Part shown: piece after piece, positions 1-10,653 of the stretch
Position numbering within the stretch: the first letter of the stretch is position 1
Layout of the letters: each line of letters starts with the position of its first letter
Assembly (NCBI RefSeq): GCF_963921235.1
Contig: NC_086106.1
Coordinates: 23,684,001 to 23,748,000 of the forward strand
Direction of reading: 5' to 3'
Source of the DNA: Mobula hypostoma
Lineage: Eukaryota
DNA length: 64,000 nt
Program-made: the position numbers and the translations under genes
The notes under the pieces: model-generated
The model's database searches: none
What the model was told of the DNA's origin: nothing
Seen by the model: only the letters and a program-made list of their open reading frames with translations

Positions 1-1560
1 TTGTCGTTTGATGTTAAGCTCCTGAATATGGTATTTGCTCAGCCACGACTCAGTGACACCCACATTGTTATACCTACCAATGTTTAATTACGCCAGGAAT
101 TCGTCCACCATATTCAGAAAGCTACATGCATTGAAATACAGAACCTTCAGTCGCGCAATTTTCGACCTTTTGGACGTGGCCTCTATGATAAAAATTAACT
201 TTTTATTTGTTTTCTCAGCATTTATACCCGATATTTCCTGTGCCCTTCATTATAATCACGTTACACTCATATTCTACTTGTAAACCTCTGGCTCATCCTC
301 AGCTTTATCAAACTACTTCCCATCGCCCTGCCAGATTAGGTTAAAACACTCCCAACAACTCCTTAAATCTGACCTAAAGAATATCACACACCTCAGATTC
401 ACTTGCAACCCATCCCTTTTATGCGACTTCCACGTGCCCCCCAAAATGTCCCAATTATCCAGAAATCTGAATCCTTGCGTTCTGCTTCAACTCTCACCCA
501 TCCCTTTATCTGCCACGTCATTCTATTCCGGTTCGCACTGTCGCAGAGCACAGGCCGTAATTGTAGGATCATTACACCTGCGGTCCCGCCAAAAGATTCC
601 TTCCTAACTCTCCATGTTCTGCTTTCCGGACCTGCTCCCTGATGTTCTTATGCCTTTGATACCAATTTGTACCACGACTTTTGGCTGCTTACCCTCCTTT
701 TTCAGGATATTATTGACGTGTATAGAAACATTTGTGCCCCTAGCACCCGTCAGACAAATTACCATCCATTCTTCCTTTTTACGTCGTTAAATACGTTCAG
801 CAGACCGTCTGCTACTATTGTTACTGCTGCTATCCTCTTCATTTCCATATCCTTCTGTGCCACAGAGCCAAGGTCAGTGTCAGAGGCACAACATCTATTG
901 TTTCCCCCAGTTAGATCGTTCCCCCAAAATGGACAGCTAATTTTTGAGGGGGGCGCCCACATGTGTGTACATGACTGTCTGGTGTTTCCTGGTCCCTCTC
1001 CAGACAGTTACACAGTGATCTGTCTCCTGTAGAATTGGTGTGACTACTTCCCTTTTGCTCCTGTCTATAGCTGTTTACTTTCCCTAACTAGCCGAAGGAC
1101 ATCGAACTACAACTTTACATCCCTTATACGGTCTCTAACGATCTGCATTTCGATGCACCTGTGCAGATATGCCCATCGGAGCGCGGCTGGTGATCTCACA
1201 TGTGACACCTGGAAGAAGATACCGGATCTGTAGACGTACCTAGTATTCGCTCAACTGTTGAAAACGAAACCAAGAAATAAATTACATAGCACCTGCCTAA
1301 ACTCGACGAAGCCTTGTTGAGCCAAAACCTTACTATTCTGCGTCAGCCTATCCCGACGATGACCACTTCGAAAGGCGGTATCTCTCCATTATAGATGCTC
1401 TGTTCCCCGTCAAAATATTTGCCGAAACTGCGCGGCAGGGTTCTTACTGGGCCAGTGGAGTACTTCGAGCATCGGCTACGTAGAAAAACTTGTTTTTTTG
1501 TTAAAAATCTATTCGTCCACTCTGTGCGGAATCACTTATGTTGCGTATGCCCAATACTCC
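1..1560 (-). mobile_element. Decayed CR1 LINE, 5' part (ORF1 plus start of ORF2 endonuclease)
   Basis: Minus-strand translation gives LKVLYFNACS..VDEFLA..VGVTESWL (CR1 ORF2 APE N-terminus, ~20-170), MVICLTGARG..ILKKEGKQPKVVVQIG (ORF1 esterase-like domain, ~650-760) and GHICT..CIEMQIVRDRIRD (ORF1 N-terminus, ~1110-1180). Stops and frameshifts are present. Confidence 0.8.
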
Positions 1561-3303
1561 AATGAATTGCAGGAACAGTTCCTAGATCGAAGGCCGATGT
1601 CATTTTCCCGATTAGCTGAAGGAGGTTAGCACACACCAATGGGATTAAGGTTTGACGCATGAGAATATTCCGGATCATTCGATCATTCTAAAGACGAAAC
1701 ACTCTCTACGGCATGGAACAATTTCTTCAGCTCCTATTACAATGCTGAGCGACAAAGTTCGAATGTTGTGTTGGCATGTTGTCAGGTAGCATTCCGATAA
1801 TTTTGTAGTTCATTTTTCAGCATTGTATGGAACAGTGCTTTAAACAAGCGGCTAAAAAAATGTTTCTATTCTACTTTGTTTTTCCAAATGTCATCGATTA
1901 GGATTATGTCTTTTGATGCCCCATTCTCATCAGGCGTAGTTCTGCTTAGCTGTATCTCTATCCCGTTACACTTTGAATGACTTTCATTGCATTGCATGGA
2001 AATATTTTCTGTCTCTGTCGTTTCGTGATTCTACATGACATTAAATGATGAAATCAGCATTTATTTCTTGATCATGACCGTCGTTAGAATTATAAACTCC
2101 TGAAGCAGCTTGTAGAATTGTGATATGTCCGGTACCTTATTATATCACTTCTCTGACCGAAATTGATAAATGTGGGAGTATTAAGAGTATTCATGTTGAT
2201 TCCGAAGAGTTCTTGCATTCACTTTTGTTAGAATGGGGTAGTGCAGACTCACTGGAAAGTTCAGACTTCGAATCTACAACAACACAATGACAAAGGCACA
2301 TTGACACCATTAGAAATCAGAAAACAGAATAATTTACGTATTTCAAATATCCATGGTTCGATTGCAATGAATCTAAATAAAGATTTCATAACACACTTAT
2401 ATGCAAAGTTACAGCCAAGCTAAATTCAACAGCTGCCGATACCTCCAACAGTGATCAAGTTGTGGTAGGAAGAAGGCACCGTTGCTGGCTTGTGACTTGT
2501 CTCTTCAAACATGGATTCACAAGGTGGTTGTCTCTATTCGAAGATTTCGGTGAAATACGACGATTGGGTTTACTTGCTTGAAACGATTCGGAGAGAAGAG
2601 TGAACACTCGGAAGTATATCAGCTAAAAAGGCACAATCTAAATGTCGTATAAAATACATTTGCCATATTTGCACAATCTTGAAGGAAACAGAAGAGGGTG
2701 CAGTCTTAGGTTGTGAGGAACCATGTTTAAAGGAGAAACTGCAACATAAGAGTTTTATTTTATTCTACAAATAACACGTTTAATATCTCTAAATCTCAGT
2801 AAGAGAGGGGGATATAAAGTGGTGGAACTTCTGTGTCTAAGCTAGATAATTCGGCAAAGGAAAGAGGGTTTATACAAAACTTAAGAAGATGGAGTTGAGA
2901 GAGAATAACATAAATCAGTTAGTCTGATCGTGGGGAGCGGGTGGGGTCTGAAGTTACCGTTTCTTTGGCGTAGTTTGCTTGCGGTCTCTGTGTCTTATCA
3001 AATGTTGCCAAGTTCAGTTTTGTAAAATGAAAACTTGAATAACGTTGAGCCGACGTGGAATAAACTGGTTAGAGAACTTTTTCCGTACAGTGTCTCTTCA
3101 ACATAGTCGGCAATGGCTGTTTTCCGTCCTGAAGATGGTACCAGACTCATAGCTTTGGACTTTACTAAGAGAATCAAAATCTACTCCGTTATTTGGTACG
3201 AGATTATATGAAATAACCTCTGATCCTACCGTCTTTGCCATTGACTCTAATATACAGCTGAATCGTTAGCTCTGAGGAAGTAACTTATATGTGGCCTCGC
3301 GAA

Positions 3304-3435
3304 ATCTGCTACCTTTCAGTTGATTGGCTGTGTTGACGAATAAAGAAACAGTACAGATTGGAAGAAATCAGGAAAGGAGTTGATTGGTGGATTCGAGAAT
3401 CAAGAAGAGTCATATTAAGTGTATGAGACCAATGG
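3304..3435 (+). promoter_or_regulatory. Putative V1 promoter: array of CCAAT boxes
   Basis: GATTGG at 3322, 3356 and 3382 and CCAAT at 3429, about 214/180/154/107 bp upstream of the ATG. Positions are conserved in V2 and partly in V4. Confidence 0.55.
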
Positions 3436-3535
3436 CCTCTTAACAAACGAGAGGGCACTCCTGACGAACCACAGATTAAACTTCTTTGAGAATAACATTG
3501 TTTCATTAGAAATCCATGTTGAACGGATCACAGAT

Positions 3536-4318
3536 ATGCGGGTCCTATATTTGTTTCTTATTGCAGCAGCGCATCTGATTGGTAAGTGTGTCGACATTTT
3601 GAAAACCATCGTTCTCACCATGATGAACAAGTTAATTGCATGAAAGGATTTGGGAGAACGATAGTAACATGAATTCAAATCTCATGCAACTGGTAATAGA
3701 ATGTTTGATGAGTATATCCAGGGCAACCACAGGCGCATCGTTCTCAGTCCTTGGCGGGAAGAGTTGTCTTTGTATTCCTCCTGAGATGCAATGAGTCCAA
3801 GAACTCCTTGAGGGAACTGATGGGAAATTTTCTCAAAAAGATATTTAAATCAGTCCTTCTTGACAATTTTAGTCGAGAGGTTAACTCAAGTTGGAACCCC
3901 CACATCTCTGATTGGGCAGTGCTAAAGAACCAGGGTTTGCTTCGGAGATATGCGTGCAGAATATTGATAATTCTTGATTGAAATTTTGATTTTTTTTTTG
4001 GTCTATAACAGGACATTGCCGAGGTGACGCTGTTTATCAGTCACCTGCTGTCACCAGAGTCGCGGAAGGGGAAGTTGCAGTGTTAAAATGTAACTATACT
4101 ACTACAAGAGCAAGCAACCCTGGACTAATCTGGTACCGTCAGTATCCCGGAGGTTCTCTGGAGTTTCTACTACTCCGTTCAAAATTCGACAAACAACTAG
4201 AGAATGTTCCTCGACAGCGGTTCACGGCGCAGCTGAATGATACGAGCAGAACGGTCCCACTGACAATATCCGAAACACATCTAGGAGACACTGCCATGTA
4301 TTACTGCGCTCTGACACC
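3536..4318 (+). CDS. TRAV: TCR alpha/delta V segment V1, intact (leader 3536-3581, intron 3582-4011, V exon 4012-4318)
   Basis: 46-nt leader MRVLYLFLIAAAHLI-G|gtaagt, then acceptor aacag|. V exon GHCRGDAVYQSPAVTRVAEGEVAVLKCNYTTTRASNPGLIWYRQYPGGSLEFLLLRSKFDKQLENVPRQRFTAQLNDTSRTVPLTISETHLGDTAMYYCALTP has C23, W41 (WYRQ), DTAMYYC and an open frame, followed by an RSS. TRAV versus TRDV use cannot be decided from this window. Confidence 0.95.
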
Positions 4319-4357
4319 CACAGGGGTTCAGAACTAGTCTGGACCTGTACAATAACT
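4319..4357 (+). other. 23-RSS of V1
   Basis: Heptamer CACAGGG (4319-4325), 23-bp spacer, nonamer ACAATAACT (4349-4357). Confidence 0.93.
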
Positions 4358-5256
4358 ACTTTAGTTCCCTAGTGGCTGCTAAGTGCAATAGCCGTTTTCT
4401 GAGCGTCTGTAGCTCCGTGGTCGACACGCCATATGAATAAATTTCTATATATTTCCTGAGATTCTTACCCAGTAGATTGAGTCGCCTTCAGCATTTTACT
4501 CTTCAGTCTGTTCCAATGCACATGCATTCACCAAAATACCGTTTCTAGTCTTTCACACGACAAAGAAAACGATAACCTTCCATTGTTTCTTTTTTCACTC
4601 ACCATTTCGAAGAACAACCTCTTTCACATGCATTGGTGTGGATGCGGATTCTGTAGTGAAATGTTGTTTATTTTCCAATATACTACTGTGTTATAATCTA
4701 ACATTTTCCGCAGTGTAATGTTAATTACAGGTGTTAACATGAAAACTTATTGTTTTATTTTGTTATATATAAATGTATACATATATTTTTTTTTTCTCCG
4801 AAGCTATACCGGAGCGCCCGATTATGGTTTGCTAAGTAACTGCAAGCTAACATTGCCGGGGTGTCCACAACGATCACAAAAGAAAAACAAAAACAAAACA
4901 AAAAAAAAACTAAAACAAGCAGGTGGTTTATCTTGTACAAGACGAAATTGCATTTTAATTTACCGCTCAACCACACTGAGACAATTGAAGAAGTTGCAGT
5001 TTACAGAGCGAACATTATTGTTTCTTTCCTCAGATCTGCACAGCTAACGCCTCTCATTTCAGGAAATAACATCAACACCACTCATAACACTATACAAAAA
5101 AGTCTGTGTGATGAGTAACAGAAACACTGTGGACAATTTAACGAGGAATGGGTAAGGTGAACACCAAAAAGTTTTTCATGAAAAAGAAAGTTAATGCCTG
5201 GGCTTGCCAAAGTGTCAATGATATGAGCCGTCGGAATCTGTTGATCTGTACATTCA

Positions 5257-5335
5257 TCAAGTCAGGTCAAATTTATTTATAAAGCACTTTTAAAAACAAC
5301 CCATGTTGACCAAGGTGTTGTACAAACCATAACAG
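5257..5335 (-). mobile_element. L2-type LINE/SINE 3' tail fragment
   Basis: tcaagtcaggtcaaatttatttataaagcacttttaaaaacaacc...gttgaccaaggtgttgtaca is the reverse complement of the typical fish L2 3' end. Confidence 0.6.
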
Positions 5336-7235
5336 GTATCCACTGTCTAGGAGCTACAGTATAACATACAATAATGTTTTATGCAGAGTTCGTGCAAAAA
5401 ATGTAATAAATATTATGTAAATAAAGTTTTGTCTACTGACTATTGGATATGTTGTGATATGGACCTTGACTACTGCGAATTCGAAAGGGTGCTGCATTGC
5501 TTAAAAAAAATCAGTGAAATTATCATTAATAACATCAACACGAAATTCTCCGGGATTAATGAAGCTATTTTGCCTCGTGAATTGGAGCCCGAAAAGTAAA
5601 TGAATGAGCCCTGCGGGTCTGTGCACTATATTTGCGAACTTTCGTCCCAGCTACAGTCGTTAAGCCCTGCGTTTTATTTTTAACGATTGCCTAGTTTATT
5701 TTGACTAGCACGGGTTTCCACATTCTACGGTTAATTAAAGCGAGATCCTGGTAAGCGGTAATGGCAAATCATTTTGTTTCGAGAATGGTTCAACACCCAA
5801 TGTCGCTCGGTCAGGCCTCTGGTGATCTGTCAATATTTCCTTCAAATAAACTGTTGCTTCCTTGTCCTCATGTCAGTTCTGCGCAGTAGGATCAGTCATT
5901 TCTTCAGTGCACACTGCAACTGTAAATTAGGAAAATGTAATACGAATAAATATTTTTGGGAGGGGGTGTGGTGATTATCTTATTTAAATGCAGTTTGCCT
6001 TGTGGAATGTTGACTGCTGTAATCTCAATTGTGGATAGAGTTAATATTTTCTGTTCCTTTTATTTCTCAACCATTATCATCAGTTTAATAAAGGAGAGCT
6101 GTAGATCAATTTGTCTATGGTAACTAGATCAAATAGACATTATAACATTGTAATATGAAACAGGTATGGCCGAATGTTTCAGAGATTAGTATAGTTTAAA
6201 CACGTGCTTGAGTTTGAAGAACACTACGTAGATATGGCTGATTAATTCAGTTTTAAAGTGCAAAATCAATAAAATTAATAAAGAAGTCAGCTGTCCTAAT
6301 TCATTACGGCTGGTGTAATTTGAACAGAATATGATCAATATGAGCATCATGGACGTTACAGTGACCGTGCCTGTACGAGGACGAACATAAGTTGGTTAAT
6401 TTAATTGAAGCCCGTAAGATGACATCTAAGTCCATGGAGCTCCGTGTAACGTGACGATTAATGGGTTGTATATCCAAACAAAAATTCTGTATTTTAAAAC
6501 ATTTTACAGGTAGTAGAATAACACGGAAAAGGCGGTGATAATGCAAATTGTGGAAAATAGAATGCCATTCCTACTTCCAGCGACGAACGCTCTTGAAAAT
6601 ATGTCAGAAAATGGTTTAATAAGACTAGTTATTATATACCACCCCACTAGAATAAGAGCAACAGCGCCCAGCAGAATCCTCGGGAATATAAATTGTGACG
6701 TAAACAGCGAAAATGTGATTACTTCATTTAAGTAGGGACTGAGCCACGTCCGAGGATAAAATGAAGAACGTCCGTATTACTTCACTCCGGTATGTCATGT
6801 CAACAAACCACGCTGGACTCAGGAAACGACGAAAAATTGAAGTGCTTTCTGAGATTCTTCGTGTTTAGCAGCCGACAATGTTCTCCTTCTATTTTTAAGT
6901 GTCTGTAGGTCTCATAGTACAGAAACACTTGCAAATCAATTAATCATTAATTAAGTTGAGTGCATTATGACTGGCACTCTGAAGACATCTTCTAATATGC
7001 AAATATATATGGCAAATCGTAATCGTCTCTGAACTCCAAAATAACCAAACAGTATACACTCTACTTTTTAGTAATTTACAAACCGTGATGAACGCAAACC
7101 GCATTATGGAAATGTTTAAAATACATTGCTGTGAGGCAATAAGAATCTTCAATTTAATCAGACGTTGGCACAAAAGTGTGGAGCCTTGTCTGAGACTGAT
7201 CGTTTTATGCTTCCATCAACTCCTTCTCCTGAAAG

Positions 7236-7800
7236 TTGCACAGTAATCTGTGTCCTGTAGAATTGGTGTGACTACCACCCTGTTGCTCCTGTCTATAACT
7301 GCTTCACTTACCCTATAAATCCGAAGGTCATCGAACTGCAACTTTTCATCCCTTATACGTTCTCTAACGATCTGTATTTCGATGCACCTGTGCAGATGTG
7401 GCCATCGGAGCGCGGCTGGTCGTCTCCTGAGCATCCCAAATATAACACCCAGAGGAGAACACCGGCTCTGTAGACATACCCACTATTCTCTCAACAGTTG
7501 AATAAGAAATACGGAAAGGAATTGCATAGCCCCTGCGTAAACTCGAAGAAGACCTTTCGTGCCAAAGCCTTACCACTCTATGTCAGGCTATCCCGACGAT
7601 GACCACTTCGAACGGCAGTATTTCTCCTTTATAGACACTTCGTTCCCCGTCGAAATAATTCGGCGAACGTGCGCGGCAACGTTCCTACTGTGGCAGTGGA
7701 GTACGCCAGTCATTGACTCCCGTAGAAAAAATAAACTTGCTGTTTTTTGTTTTATCTAATTGTCCGCTCTGTGCGAAAAAACAATGATATTGCGTCTGCT
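7236..7800 (-). mobile_element. CR1 ORF1 N-terminal fragment (duplicate of ~1005-1560)
   Basis: Minus ORF 7216-7434 reads RCIEIQIVRERIRDEKLQFDDLRIYRVSEAVIDRSNRVVVTP, matching the CR1 ORF1 N-terminal coiled-coil region. Confidence 0.75.
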
Positions 7801-9551
7801 CAGGACTCCAGTAAACTGTGCGAATTGTTCCTAGATCGAAGGCCGACGTCATTTTCCCGATCAGCCGAAGGAGGTTGGCACCCACCAATGAGTTAAAGGC
7901 TTTGCGCATGCGACTATTTCGATTCATGCGATCAATTTACAGACGAAACTCTCTCTGCGGTATGAAACGATTTATTCACCTCCTATTACAGTGTTAAGGA
8001 GCAAAGATTTAATGTTATGTTGGCATGGTGTTAGGTAACATTACAATTAATTTGTAGTTCATTGTTCAGCATTGTTCGGAACAGAGCTTTAAACAAACTA
8101 ATGTTTCAGTTCTACTTTGAGTTTCCAAATATCATAGATGGGAATAACGTTTTTTTTTAATGCTCTATTCTGATCTGCGTCGTTCTACTTAGTTTTATCG
8201 CTAACCCGTGCATACCAAAGGTCACGTTGCTCTTTGAAAGAACTTTGTTGCATTGCGTGGAAATCTTTGATGTTTTTGTCGTTTCTTGACACTTTCTTGT
8301 ATTAAAGGATGAAATCAGCATTCATTCCTCGATCTTGAACGTCGATGGAATTATAACTCATGAAATATACCGCAGAATGGTGATATGACCGGTCTCCTTA
8401 TAACATCATATCTTAACGAAACTTACCTTCTCATACCGAATTTGATGAATGTGAGATTATTAAGAGTATTCTTGCATTTTCTTTTGATAGAATGGGTAGC
8501 GCAGACTCATTGGAAAGTTCAGACGTCGAATCTACGGCAACACAATGGAAAACGTACTTTAACACCGTTAGAACTCAGAAAACAGAGTAACATACGTGTT
8601 TCAAATATGCATGGTTCGATTGTAACGAATCTAAATAAAGATTTCATAACACAATTATATGCAACGTTACAGCCACACTGAATATAAGGGCTCCCGAGAC
8701 CTCCAACAGCGATCAAGTTGTGGCAGGAAAAAGGCACCGTTGCTGAGTTCTGACTTGTCTCTGAAAACATGGATTCACAAGGTGGTTGTCTCGATTCGAA
8801 GACTTCAGTGAAATACGATGATTGGGTCTACTTGCTTCAAACGATTGGAGGTGAAGAGTGAACACACGGAAGTGTATCAGATAAAAAGACACAATCTAAA
8901 TGTGGTATAAAATACATTTGCAATACTTGGATATCCTTGACTTAAACATAAGCGGGTGCAGTCTTAAGTTGTGAAGAAGCAACTTTAAAGGAGAACTGCA
9001 CCATAAGAAATGCTTTTTTGTCTCATCTGCAAAGAACATTGTTAATATCACTAAATCGCAGTCAGAGAGGGCTATATATACTGTTGTAACTTCTGTAGTT
9101 AAACTAGTTAATTTGGCAAAGGAAAGAGGGTTTATGCAGAACATTGGAAGATGGAGTTGGGAAAGAATGGCATTGATAGGCTTGTCTGATCGTTGATGGC
9201 CGAAGTTACCGATTCTTTGTCGTAATTTGCTTGGAGTCTCTGTGTCATATGAAATTTTGCCAAGTTCATTTCTTTAGAATGAAAACGTGAATCACGCTGA
9301 GCAGACGTGGATTAAACTGGCAGTTTAGAAATTTTGTCCGTGCAGTGCGTCTCTTCAAAATATTGCTGTTTTTCTTCTTAAAGACGGTACCAGACTCATA
9401 GTTTTGCACTATTTAAACGGAAACAAAATCTACTCCGTATTTAGTACGAGATTATAAGAAACAACTTCTGATTCTACCGTGTTTGCCGTTGAGTCTGACA
9501 TAAAGCTGAATTGATAGCTCGGAGTAAGTAACGTATGTGCGGTCTCGGGCA

Positions 9552-9686
9552 ATCTGCCAACCTTCTGCTGATTGGCTGTGTTGAGGAACAAAGATATAGT
9601 ACAGGATTGGAAGAAATAAGGAAAGAATTTGATTGGTGGACATCGGAAAGCAAAGAGCGGCACGTTAAGCTGTAAGAGACCAATGG
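9552..9686 (+). promoter_or_regulatory. Putative V2 promoter: array of CCAAT boxes
   Basis: GATTGG at 9570, 9605 and 9631 and CCAAT at 9680, about 216/181/155/106 bp upstream of the ATG. Confidence 0.55.
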
Positions 9687-9785
9687 CCTGTTAACAAACG
9701 ATAGGGAACTCCTGCCGAACCATAATTAAACTTGTTTGAGAATAACATTGTTTTGCTACAAATCCATAGTGGACGGATCACAGAC

Positions 9786-10614
9786 ATGCGGGTCCTATAT
9801 TTGTTTCTCATTGCGGCAGCTCTTCTGGTTGGTAAGTTTCTAGACATTTTGAAAACCGTCGTTCTCACCATGCTGAACAGGATAACTTATCCCTAAATAT
9901 CAGTAACGCAACATTGATCATGGCATGAAAAGATTTGGAAGTACGATAGTAACATGGATCCAAATCTCATGCAACTGGAAATAGAATGCTTGATGACTAT
10001 ATCCAGGACAACGACAGACGATTCGGCCTCAGTCCTTGGCGGGGAAGTGTTGTATTTTTTTTTCTTCTGGGATGCAATGGGTATAAATCTCGTTGATCAA
10101 GACAATTGGAAGTTTTCTCAAAAAGATAATGCAATTCAGGTTTTCTTGCCCCACCTGCGAATTTTAGACGGGAGCTTTACCTCAAGTTGAAACCCCCACC
10201 TTGCTGCTCGGACTGTACTAACGGCGTAGGGTTAGCTTCGGAGATATGCAAGCAGAATATTGATATTCCTTGCCTTAAATTTTAAAATTCTTTTTGGACT
10301 GTAACAGGACATTGCCGAGGCGATGCTGTCTATCAGTCACCTGCTATCACCGCAGTCGCGGAAGGGAAAGTTGCAGTGTTAAACTGTAACTATACAGTTC
10401 CAAGCAGAGACGACCCTCGACTAATCTGGTACCGTCAGTATCCCGGAGGGTCTCTGGAGTTTCTACTGATCCGTTCAAAATTCGACGCACGCCTGGAGAA
10501 TATTCCCCGACAACGGTTCACGGCGCAGCTGAATGATTCGAGCAGAACGGTCCCACTGACAATATCCGAAACACATCTAGGAGACACTGCCATGTATTAC
10601 TGCGCTCTGACACC
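9786..10614 (+). CDS. TRAV: TCR alpha/delta V segment V2, intact (leader 9786-9831, intron 9832-10307, V exon 10308-10614)
   Basis: Leader MRVLYLFLIAAALLV-G|gtaagt. V exon GHCRGDAVYQSPAITAVAEGKVAVLNCNYTVPSRDDPRLIWYRQYPGGSLEFLLIRSKFDARLENIPRQRFTAQLNDSSRTVPLTISETHLGDTAMYYCALTP has an open frame with canonical C, W and YYC. Confidence 0.95.
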
Positions 10615-10653
10615 CACAGGGGTATAGAACTAGTCTGAGCCTGTACAATAACT
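10615..10653 (+). other. 23-RSS of V2
   Basis: CACAGGG (10615-10621), 23-bp spacer, ACAATAACT (10645-10653). Confidence 0.93.

Larger units (their letters stand above)
1005..5337 (+). repeat. Segmental duplication, copy A (contains V1)
   Basis: Colinear similarity to ~7235-11602 at an offset of ~6.25 kb, visible throughout (e.g. gtagaattggtgtgactac at ~1030 and ~7258; tacaaaccata at ~5321 and ~11585). Non-coding identity is roughly 80% by eye. Confidence 0.92.

Noticed and set aside
2241-2423. 60-codon ORF preserved in both duplicates (paralogue within 8385-8681) with the stop at the same position
   Set aside because: About 13 replacement versus 6 silent codon changes is near neutral. A 1-nt indel follows the possible acceptor, the starts are non-ATG, and there is no recognisable domain. 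Duplication alone explains it.
4018-4029. RGD motif in V1, V2 and V4 (CRGD/RRGD)
   Set aside because: It straddles the expected signal-peptide cleavage site (..CRG/D..) typical of TCR V leaders, so it is unlikely to exist in the mature protein.
6541-7004. Ig octamer ATGCAAAT at 6541 and 6997 (also ATTTGCAT near 34392 and 38833)
   Set aside because: A few hits are expected by chance in 64 kb of AT-rich DNA, and no VH-like leader or V exon follows. There is no support for IgH-like or NAR-TCR V genes here.
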